Assembly (NCBI GenBank): GCA_964016885.1
Contig: OZ024741.1
Coordinates: 173,848,001 to 173,912,000, forward strand
Source: Eledone cirrhosa
Lineage: Eukaryota
DNA length: 64,000 nucleotides
Direction of reading: 5' to 3'
In this document: positions 53,351-64,000 of the stretch, one piece after another
Numbering within the stretch: position 1 is the first letter of the stretch
Layout of the letters: every line of letters begins with the position of its first letter
Notes under the pieces: model-generated
Databases searched by the model: none
The model's input: only the letters and a program-made list of their open reading frames with translations
What the model was told of the DNA's origin: nothing
Made by a program: the position numbers and the translations under genes

Positions 53351-55220
53351 AAAGGTCTGTAGAAAGTGAATGTGCTACATCGTAAACTCTCACGGACTGC
53401 TGCTTCGTGGTCTCTCCCTGGTGGACTCTCAAAGTACTTGTATTTATAATAACCATATAGCTAGAAGGATGTGTATATGGGTTGATTTAGGAGCAGCCAT
53501 GTGTGTTTCATCTGTCAAGAATCTGGGGTCACAGGTCAAGTGGTGTATACGTTTATCGTAGTTGTCTCTTGACAGGACAATAGGTGGTTTTAGAGGCGAG
53601 AACCCTCAGATTCGGTTTCGAATCTTCGCCAGGTAAAACATATGAGTATTCCGTTACAATGTCATCAATGCCCAGTGCAAACAGAGCGAGCCCGAGTGGG
53701 TCGCCCTGTTGGACTCCCGAGGCAGAAGTGATGATTTGGTCACCGAGAGATAGGAAGGCTCACGATAAGCCTGCCAAGCAAAGTGGTAGAGTTGTGGGAC
53801 CCTCTCTCTTACTGAGCTGAGGACGACATCGCGGCTGACGGAGTTAAAGGCATTCTTAAGGTCAAGTTTGAGGATGACCTTTGGGGAACAAGAAGGGCAA
53901 GTTAGTAAAGGCTCTGGTAGCGTCGGCAGCAGCCTCACATCCCAACTTGGTACGCACCCCTAGCTGGATGGGGGAAAATTCCTCCGCCAGTGAGTCAAAG
54001 AACGATAGCAAACACACCTTTGCAGTGAGACGACGAAGAGTGCAGCCAACCGCAATGGGCCGCAGGTCTCCGTTGGGTTTAGTGAAACTGAATAACTTTG
54101 CACCGAAGAACTGCGCGGATATATGGGAGAACGTTCACTGAATAGAACTGATTCACAAACTGAGTCAAACTCTCCAAGAGCTCGAGTCTGGCGTCACCGG
54201 CCGACAAGGAGAAATCATCCTTCAGGTGTTGAGGACCAAAGCCGTCAATCTCCGCGCCTGACGATATCAGTGGTGTAAACCTGTCTCGAGTATTCTCGTG
54301 GTTCGGGCCAGTGTAACTGATCATCTGGGGATGCCGGTGGGTGCTTCTCTTTCAGACGCTCAAGAGAATCAGAGTTACACGGAGCGAGGGGTGACAGAGA
54401 AGAGAGGAGCCGGACAGCCCTTTTAATGTCAAATTCGCTGAATTTGGCATTAACCGCTCGCTTGAGGTCTATCGGTTGTCTATTGGTGGACATCGAGCTC
54501 GATGTCGAACTGAGATGAGACGTGGTTGGGGTAGACTTAAACAGCTGGAACTGCCGCTTGAGGGAGGACATGAGGGAACCCGAATTCGCATTGTGCATGT
54601 GAAGAGAGATGAGAGGAAACAAAAACAAATTCTGCCAGTCAGAACGAGGAAACGTTTTTCAATAAATTAGAGAGGACACGTGCAAAGCTATTCCGAGCTC
54701 CCTTAGGGATCCGATTGACCAGCTTTTATTTGGAGAAACCCTGGAAGGGTATGGCAAAGTCCTCGGTAGAGAGTTGGTCATCGAAGCGTGGGGCATCTCC
54801 ACGGAATACCTCGGAGCTGAAGTGGCACTGATTACAGGTCCAGTATTGAAGCCTTTCGGCCTGAGCTTTGGTGATGCCGGCACAGCTTCTGCGGTAGCTT
54901 GCGTGGCACAGGTAACATTTGATTGTCTTTAAGTACCGGCTAGTGCGGGCACAGAGAGTGCAATCAGGTGGTGGGCTGGCAGCGACCGATGGTAAAGGGC
55001 TAGCGTTGGAATTCGGTCGAAGGAGTGAGTCAGTAAAAGAGGAAGCAGTGGTTCTAACGGTGGGACTAGAGCGGAGGTTGGGTGGTGGGCTAATAGTTGT
55101 AGGAGAGGTGGGGTTGGCAGGGTTGAATTCGCTCGGAATCAGCGGTGAAGAGGAGGGGGTAGGTGTAGACAAGTTAGCTCCTCTCGTGCGTGCCGAAGAC
55201 CTAGAGTGCCTTAGGTTAAA
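51770..55220 (-). mobile_element. Degenerate CRE-like non-LTR retrotransposon with N-terminal PHD-like finger, internally deleted and interrupted by a solo LTR
   Basis: [48 protein letters not shown], CTLC...CYLCHASYRRSC...WTCNQC; homologous to the array copies. Confidence 0.85.
52888..53658. mobile_element. Solo LTR (Gypsy-like), 771 bp
   Basis: Termini TGTAGCG...CGTTACA and a 4-bp TSD acgt/atgt; splits a CRE sequence that is contiguous in the array copies. Confidence 0.8.
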
Positions 55221-57061
55221 GTGATAGCAACTTTATCAATCGGCAATCGTTGCATCGGGCCACCAACAAGTCGAGCGAAGACTTTAGGTGGGCTGTGCGT
55301 GAGGACAAAGTAAGGGGGTGAGCAGAGAGAGGGATAGAAAGTGGGGAAGAAGAGGGGGGATTATGAGTGCATGAAGATGAGTGTGGTCATGTGAGAGGCA
55401 GGTAAATACAGTGGAAGAGAAAGAGCAATGAACATGCAAAGAGAAGGAAAAAACATTAGAGGTAAACATTCAAAGGCTGTGAGTTTCTGTAATATCCCAC
55501 ATGGGTAAATCCGCAGTAAAATAAAAAAAAATGTGAGTTTGTGTAAAATTCTACATGGGCAAGACTGCAATAAAATCAAAATCTGTGTGGGTGTGTGAGA
55601 TTCCCCATGAGTGAATCCGCAGTAAATTTAAAAATTGTAAAAGCATAGCAAAGATAGAGAGGTGTTAGTGAAATATTGGGGAGATTGGGACTGAGAAAAC
55701 AAGGAAAACAATTAAAGAAAAAAAAAAAAAATGAGGTGTACCAAATACAGGGAAATGAGTGTGAGATGTAGAGATGGATGTTGTGTGTGAGTAAATATTT
55801 AAAATAGCTAATTCTATAGAGGTGCAAGAAATAGGGCAGTGAGATATTAGAACATTGAAGAGAAGTTGGAATTGAGGAAAGAATTTTGAAATTAACTGAA
55901 GATAGTGGATGAAGTTTTTTTATTTTTTTTTATTTTTAAGCAAAAAGTGTTAATTGATTAATTGACCATATAGTTAAAAGGTCGTAGACAAAAATGACCG
56001 ATTTCTTCTCTTTTGGTGGGGTGTTGCATTGGTCGATGAATACGAGCTGTTGGTCGATGCGTTGAGCATGTGGTGTCGTTGAAAAAGGACCAGGGTTACG
56101 ATAGTGATGCTTCTATGGTTCCACAAGGTGGTCTATAATATGAACAGAAATTGGAGCTTGGTACCGTAAAAACTGATGCAAAATATTCCACTCGATCTGG
56201 CCATTTTCAGTCGCAGATGTTTCATAAAACAACGCCAGACTGCCAGCCAATCAGAAACCATGTTTTCCTGACCAGCGTTACCACGACAACGTTAACGCTT
56301 GACAAGCAATCGACCTGAGCAAGTGTTTAAAACAATTGAATTTAAAAACGATCATTATCACCTGGGAGCACCATGACAGCTATTCTCTGTAATTGGCTAA
56401 ATAATGAGCTAAAACTTTCACAAAAAATCGGTATGTTTTCTTTCACTTCTAAATCAATTGCTGATGTTTACAGTGTTTCGAAGTTGTTGCTGTCCCAGTA
56501 AAGAGATCGCTCCGGAAACATCATTTCTACCTGCTTACAAGTTTTAGTTACTAACAACAATCTTTGACATATTTAACACTTCTCTCTCTCTCTCTCTTTT
56601 TACATTATTGCAGCCGATTCGTTTCATTTCATTCAATCTAATAAATATTTTGTTTATTGTGGAAAATGATGCGAATGGTGTGTAAACTTGTATAACATCT
56701 AGCTAATAGAGTTATGGCCCTGAGGTTATTTAGCGATAAATGGGTTTGCAAACAAATAAATAATTATCTTTATTTTTGTATTATTGAAAAATAGGGCTTC
56801 GATTTACTTGTAACACATATCTGGCGATTAAACTTTTCAAGTCTTATTTAATTACAGTTAAGCTCATGGCTCCCTTTTCTAACCTTCAAATTATGAAGAA
56901 AATATTTCGAGTGGTAGATGGCAGCTGTCTCCACTACCTGAACATAAATCTTGTCTAGGAAGTTAATTTATAAGAAGAAAAAGAAAAACAAACGCTAACG
57001 TCAACTGTAACACAAACACAAGTGTAAGGTACTCTAAATCCAACCATTATTTGGCTCTATG

Positions 57062-57432
57062 GGGCGGTGGATTGGCAGTATCGGTAGAGGGTCGGACACC
57101 ATGCTTTGACGCATAGAGTTATGGCCCTTGCCATTCTGAGTTCAAATCTCGCCGAGGTTAACTTTGCCTTTCATCCTTACGGGGTCGATAAAATAAAGTA
57201 CCAGTAATGTACTGGGTAATTGCTGGCCTTGTGCCAATAGTAGAAGCAATTATTTGGCACTATCAGTAGAGGGTCGTACGCCATGCTTTGACGCATAGTT
57301 ACGGCCCTTGCCATTCTGAGTTCAAATCCCGCCGAGGTTAACTTTACCTTTCATCATTACGGGGTCGATAAAATAAAGTACCAGTAATGCACTGGGTAAT
57401 TGCTGGCCTTGTGCCCAAAGTAGAAACAATTA
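57062..57432 (+). mobile_element. Head-to-tail SINE dimer
   Basis: Two consecutive consensus copies at 57062-57252 and 57254-57432. Confidence 0.9.
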
Positions 57433-58079
57433 TTTGACTATATATATATTTTGTAATAAACACTACCTCATGTGCTTGTACAACTGTTGTTGATAAATTT
57501 CATGTTCTTAAATAAACTGAATTTTTAAAATTCCGATTGTCAAATTATTTTCTGTTAAATGCAGATAAGTTTTTAATAGTTCATATATATATTTTTACAA
57601 GCCATCGTATAAACGTAGTGTGATAAAATGGTTCAGGTACGTTATTCGGAAAATGTTATGTAATATTTTTTTTATAAATTAAACTTAAATAAACTTTAAT
57701 CATGGGAAATATTCTAGGCCCCAAAACAATATTTAACATGAACCGCTTTTGATACAAAACCGGTCCTGATTCTATGAAATAAAACTATTCATTTCTAAGG
57801 ATTCTTATTTGAATTAAAATCTTCCAACATTATTTTTGATAAGAACTATATATCAAGTTACCAGTGAAATAATTAATAATTAATAAAAATTCTTCATAAA
57901 TTATTTGAAATAGTGTGTATTTTGTTAGAAATACGACCAGGAAAGGTTTAAATACAGATCAACTTTGATTGAGCAAACCTATAATGAGACACTTTTTTTC
58001 CAAGTATAGTATATTTATGACTACATTCTCAAATATGAGCCTCCTAATGCACACTACTTCCCAAAGAGCCCCAGTGACT

Positions 58080-59310
58080 TCATAACCACTGCAGGTGACT
58101 TTAATGGGCATGTCGGGCAACACTGGGATTCATGGGGTTATGGCTTTGCCGCAGAAATGAGGAAGGTTTCTGGCTTCTGGAATTCTGTGACGCTAATGCC
58201 CTATCTATCTGTAACACGAACTTAAAAAATGAGACGACCACTTAATCACGTATAGATTGGGTGAGCACGTCAAGCAGATAGATTTTATCTTTACCAGAAG
58301 ACGCGACATGGACGATTATAAACACAAAGACCCTCCCTGGTGAATAATGCACCTCTCAACGTAACCTAGTTGTTAACGATCTTATAGTTAGGGCTAGAAG
58401 AACTTGGAATCAGAGGACAACCTGGAGGAGAAGAATATGTATGTTAAAAGACCAATCAACCAGTCACGAATTTAGAGGTATGTTAATTAACGCTTTCAAC
58501 AGTAAGGAAAAGCAAATAAAGATATATGATATAGAGGAGCAGTGGGAGTTCCTGAAAGATAACCTATTGAAGGTGACAAATGAAATCTGTGGTTGTAAAA
58601 GATCTCTAGGAAGAAGGAGAGTGACTTGGTGGTGGAATAATAGGGTAGATGAGACAAGGCCAAAAGACAGGCTTGGAAAGAATAGCAGAATGGGGGGAAA
58701 TAGAGAAGTCTACCAGAATGCTAGGAGAGAAGCTAAGCGACAATTATACCTTGCATGAAAGGAAGCAGAAAATAAAAAAAATTAAGCATGATTTGCAGTG
58801 TGAGGATTAAAGTCATGAGGTGTTCAGGATTGCAAGGGCAGTGTGTCAGGGAAAATTATGATGTTTATGGGGCGAAGTGTGTCCAAGATGATAATGGCGA
58901 ACTTGCCCTCACTGATGCTGAAAAGAGGATAGTATGGAAGTGCCACTATGAAAGATTACTGAATGAGGTGAATGCATAGAAAAAAGATAGTTTGTACCAA
59001 GTTGACTCAACAGAGAGACCAGCTGTACATGTCAGCAGTAGTATAGTAAGTAAGGCAATCAAGGATATGAAGACAGGCAAGGCAGCTGGACCCTCAGGGA
59101 TAGTTGCTGAGATGCTGAAAGCATCAGCAATGGTGGGATACACCATAGTCACCCATATTGTAAACAAAGTAATATGAAATGGTGTCATACCCAATGATTG
59201 GCATAGCAGCATCATCATCAACTGCTACAAGGGAAAAGGAGGTGCTCTAGTCAGAGAAAACTATAGAGGCATTAAGTTGGTTGACCAGGTTATGAAGGTC
59301 ACAGAAAGAT
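58080..59310 (+). mobile_element. RTE-clade LINE fragment (APE C-terminus, linker, start of RT)
   Basis: GDFNGHVG, QIDFIL-like, TWWWN, MKTGKAAGPSGIVAEMLKA, IPNDW, YKGKG, YRGIKL; many stops. Confidence 0.85.
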
Positions 59311-59666
59311 GATAATGATAATATGATGATATTGATCACTCTTAGTATTGCTAGCTAAGTAAAATTTGATTCACTCAAAAGATCTGATCAGACTGAAACA
59401 AATCTTTTGTTTTCATCAGTTAACTTTAAAACCAAGTATACTTCAATCTGCATTGTTCATAGTATCCAAACATTGCAATCAACTGACCTTATTGAATATA
59501 TCTCCCTTGCCTGTTATTTTCTGATCTTGAACACCCCCAGATGGAAATTGTGTCTACTAATTGCTAGGATAAACTCAGTTGATCAAAGTCTGTCACTATA
59601 ATTATAATACACATTCAGAACATAAGCTGATGACATCTGACTTTGAAAGAAATATATGCTGACATT

Positions 59667-59852
59667 GGTGGATTGGCAGTATCGGTAGAGGGTTGGATGC
59701 CATGCTTTCCAGCATAGTTACGTCCCTTAACGATCTGAGTTCAAATCCCGCTGAGGTTGACTTTGCCTTTCATCCTTACGGGGTCGATAAAATAAAGTAC
59801 CAGTAATGTACTGGATAATTGCTGGCCTTGTGCCAAAAAGTAGAAACAATTA
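59667..59852 (+). mobile_element. tRNA-derived SINE
   Basis: Full consensus with A and B boxes and tail. Confidence 0.9.
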
Positions 59853-61159
59853 TATGTAAAAGGAGAGTAAGATTTTCTGGCCACTGCCATCATGCCACCT
59901 TTGAGGCTGTGTCCCCACTAGTGCTTTGGAAACCACAAGCGGTCACTAATAACAGGTGGGTGCAAGCTTTCCTATCTCAATGTCATCTCCAAAGATTCTG
60001 GTATTGAAATCCAGGACTTTGCTGTGGCAATGAACGACAGACCCACGTGGAGATCAATTGTTGAGTGGATTTCGGCTGAGGCCGCCAGATGATAATACAC
60101 ATATGAGACCATACCATACTTGTATATAGTACATTCTTCTCTGGTATTTTCTCTTGGCTATATTGTTTTCAAGATGGCTGACTAGCAATGTTATTTCACT
60201 CCTATCTACCCTTTCCCTGTTTTCTTTTTTTCTCTTGTCTAATTTCTTTTTACTTCTCTCTCCCAAACATCATCATTTCTCTCTCTCATTCTATCTTCTA
60301 ATGAATGACTCACATCTCTTTACCACCTAAACCAAATGTTAAACTAATACACCTTCATTGCCTTGTGTTATTTTTCCTTGTTGATTTTTCTTATATTGTT
60401 TATATTCAGACAACTTTTGGGTGGTTTTGTGCTTTTAGCTTGCAGTAAGTAAGAAGATTAAAGGCTGACATGGCTAAATTGTCAAGAAGTTCACTTTGCA
60501 CTCATAAGGTCTCGGATTCAATCTCAATGCATGTGATCTTGGGCTAGTGTCTTTACCATAGAGTCAAGTCAACCCAAGCCTTGTAATGTAAATTGCATAG
60601 ATGGAAACTGTATGGAAAACCCTCAGATGAATTGTATTTTGTGACATGCTGATTTGGCTTGTGAATTACATGAAGAGTACTCAGCTACTTAGATATATTA
60701 ATTCATGAGTTGCACATACAGTTAATAATTGTATTGTATTGTAATTCAAATACCCAGCCTTGTCACATACACATTGTGTCATGTTGATTTGGCTTGTGAA
60801 TCATGTTAAGTATATATGTGTCTTTGGAGTATTTAACCACTTACACTATAATTCAAGATAGATTGTACTTGTAATTCAATGGTTCAGCCTTGTCACATAC
60901 TGTGTCATGCTGATTTAGGTTAGGAATTACGTTAAGAGTACACATATCTGTGGAATACTCAGCCATGTACATGTTTATTCATAAGTTGGCTGCTCAATTT
61001 ATTGAACAATTGAATGTTCATTATCGACAGCAACAGAAGATCTAAGATCATCCTCATCATCATCATCACCAGTAAGGAGAGATTTCAACAGTATGCAGCA
61101 AGGCATTGTTGACAATTGCCTGAAAAAACCTGAGCTGAATAACTATTATTATAAAGTAA

Positions 61160-61540
61160 AGGCGGTGAATTGGCAGTATTGGTAGAGAGTCAGTCACCAT
61201 GCTTTGAAGCATAGAGTTACCTCCCTTTACGGTCTGAGTTTAAATCCTGCCGAGGTTAACTTTGCCTTTCATCCTTACAGGGTCGATAAAATAAAGTACC
61301 ACTGGGATAATTGCTGGCCTTGTGCCAAAAGTAGAAACAATTATAAAGTAAACAGGGCAGTAGATTGGCAGTATCAGTAGAGGGTCAGATGCTATTCTTT
61401 GCAGCATAGTGTTATGGCCCTTTTATGGTCTGAGTTCAAATCCCGCCAAGGTTAACTTTGCCTTTCATCCTTACGGGGTTGATAAAATAAAGTACTAGTA
61501 ATGCACTGGGATAATTGCTGGCCTTGTGCCAAAAGTAAAA
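61160..61540 (+). mobile_element. Two adjacent SINE copies
   Basis: Copies at 61160-61343 and ~61355-61540; attataaagtaaa flanks the first on both sides, a probable TSD. Confidence 0.88.
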
Positions 61541-62999
61541 ATTCTTATAAAATAAACATAATTACTAAAAGCTGGCGTTGTAATGGTGATGCCAAAAATG
61601 TAAATGGGTTTCCCCTTTTGATACAAAACTGGCAAAAACTGGCCCTGGTTCAATGGAACAGAACCACACATTTTAAAGGTTTTTATAATTTCATTTTGAA
61701 ACTTTTTATGAATGTTACAAATACCATCTTCATGAAATAATTAATGATTTTCATAAATCTCCCCAAATTCTTCATTAATTAATTGAAATACAGTGCATTC
61801 CATTAGAAATACAGTAATGAAAGGGTTAATGGATTTTAAGAAATATTGATTGCTTATAAGGCCTCAAATTTTGTGGAAAGGAATCAGTCAATTATATTGA
61901 CTCCAGTAATTCATTAGCACTATATTTTATTGATCCCAGAAGGGTGAAAGGTAAAGTTTCATTTGCTAAAATATTAAAAGTAGTGAACCCCTAACTTTTA
62001 ATTAATTAAAATTGTACCCATAGTGAAAAAAAATAAACATTAGATTAGCTTAATTCTGGTGAAGAATTAATCATTTGGTAATTTCCTTTAATTCTTTAAG
62101 TGTCCAAAATGTATTGGTATATCATTTATTTTTCACTCCTTGCATGCCAAAATATCATACTGGTATATTTTAATATAGTTTGTGAAGCACGGGTCCAGAT
62201 AGAGTATATAGATCAAAATGCAAAATATTTTGTGCAATTTGGGTTTGGGACAGTGAAATAACAAAAATAACACTGGCACTGAAAAGGTTAAGTTGTCATG
62301 TCTATTTTCGTTTATTTACTCAGTTATCAAACATAGGAAAAACTGTTTTCTAGTATTTTTTTTGGCTCTTTGTGTTCTAAGTACAAATCCTGTTGAGGTC
62401 AACTTTGCTTTTCATCCTTTCAAGGAAAAGGTGTCAGAGCCTAAACAAAATGCCTTGTGGTGGTTGTTTTAACTCTGTGCACTACAAGTTCAAATCCCAC
62501 GAAGCTCATCCTTGACATTTATCCTTTTAGGGTTGATAAAATGAAGTATCTGTCCAAAACAATGGCTTGACAGAAATGTTAGTCCCTCACACCCTGAGCC
62601 ATCATCATTTTATTTCAAGGACCACACTATTGCAAACAGTTTTGCAGTACAGCTTCTTGTTTGACAGTTTGGAAGCAGATTTTTCTTAGGTACCCATGGT
62701 AAAAAAAAAATTATTGTTCATATTCATGTCTCCTTTGGATTAATCATTAAACAAACTAAGCACAGGCTTAGGGTGTCATGAGAAGGGAGCACCATTTTAT
62801 AAGAATTGTATTTATCATTCCACAAACAAACAATGTTTTTTTGCAAATTTTATATATGAGGTACCATACAAGCATTTTATATATGGGGTACCATAATCTG
62901 GCACTGATGTCTCCTTTTATTACTGGCCAGTATTCAGAACCATACATAAGAGCAGATTTAACATTGCTGTTATAGAATATTTGATAAAGTTGAACTGGC

Positions 63000-63470
63000 A
63001 GCTGATCTTAAACGTGACCCCAATCTGTTGTTGAGTGGAGCAAGAAATGGCTTGTTACCTTTAAAGCATCTGAGCCTGAATTGCTATCTTTTAATCACTA
63101 TAGAGAACCACTTTTGCCTTCTATTAGTATGGCTGATCATATCCTCCAAGAGAGCATCTCTTTGTCTGACATTTTCCAGAAATTTGAGCTGGAATGATTA
63201 TATCACATTGATTGCCAAGTCTGTTGCCCAGAAAATTGGTTCACTCTCTCATGCCAAAATATTTTTCACACCTGAAAATATATCTTTGCAAATCTACTAT
63301 TTGCCCTTGTAATGAGTACTGTTGCCACATCTGGTCTAATGCTTCTGTTATGCATCTTGAGAATCTAGATAAGATCCAAAGACAAATCATCAACATTATT
63401 GGTCCTGATTTATGTCAGCTTCAGTCACTATCACACTGTTAAAATGTTGCCCTGCTTTGCCTTTTTTAAA
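63000..63470 (+). mobile_element. Old CR1/L2-group LINE RT C-terminal fragment
   Basis: LTFSRNLSWNDYI, KSTICPCNEYCCHIWSNA....L..LDKIQR. Confidence 0.7.
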
Positions 63471-63574
63471 TACTAGAATTGTTTTCCACACGCTGACGTG
63501 TTTGTGTATATGTGTGTGTGTGTAGATAGTACACACACAAGTGTGGTGAATGTTAGACGTTCTTTTCTGTAGTT

Positions 63575-63903
63575 TGTCATCACCCCTTCCTCAATCATCT
63601 CTAGTGTATGACATCACCACCCTTTCCTTCCTCAGTCATCTCTAGTGTGTGTGTGTGTGACATCACCCCTTCCTTCCTCAATCAACTCTAGTGTGTGACA
63701 TTGCCACCCCTTCCTTCTTCAGTCATCTCTAGTATGTGACGCCATCACCCCTTCCTTCCTCAATCATCTCTAGTGTGTTACGTCATCACACCTTCCTTCC
63801 TCAGTCATGTCTAGTGTGTGACATCACCACCCTTTCCTTCCTCAGTCATCTCTAGTGTGTGTGACATCACGCCTTCCTTCCTCAATCAACTTTAGTATGT
63901 GAC
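63575..63903. repeat. ~40-45 bp minisatellite, about 8 copies
   Basis: Repeated catcaccccttccttcctcaatcatctctagtgtgtga. Confidence 0.92.
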
Positions 63904-64000
63904 GAACAGACAGATGGAAGTCGCTCAAATTTATGTATAAATATTTTCATGGAAATTGTTCTGATGAGCTCTCCTCTTCGTTGCCTCATGTTCATGAGTT

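Noticed and set aside
57062-57150. tRNA genes at A/B-box motifs
   Set aside because: These are SINE heads followed by the SINE body, and I could not fold a cloverleaf.
63575-63903. CRISPR-like array
   Set aside because: Contiguous degenerate tandem repeats with no unique spacers and no cas genes, in a eukaryotic context.
63955-64000. CTGATGA hammerhead-like core at the window end
   Set aside because: No GAAA or stems are visible before the sequence ends.

Overview
Eukaryotic, AT-rich, repeat-dense genomic DNA; the SINE family and repeat landscape suggest an octopus-like cephalopod (inference). Bases 1-29144 are a tandem array of four ~7.5 kb units, the first cut by the window edge. Each unit is mostly dead transposon debris (CRE-like, CR1, SINE, Helitron, RTE) but carries one intact, uninterrupted ORF of 241-251 aa with signal peptide, V-like Ig domain, Cys-rich C-like Ig domain, stalk and GPI-type C-terminus. 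The paralogs differ mainly by amino-acid-changing substitutions clustered in the distal domain (copy 1 vs 2: 19 replacement codons to 1 silent), shuffled in mosaic fashion. This is a candidate diversifying recognition-receptor locus. The rest of the window holds a young Penelope-like element with inverted terminal repeats and hammerhead ribozymes, a perfect 208-bp hammerhead palindrome, a near full-length Tx1/L1 element in a minisatellite, a PHD-bearing CRE-like element interrupted by a solo LTR, a MITE, a Helitron remnant and many SINEs. All alignments and counts were done by eye and TE boundaries are approximate.
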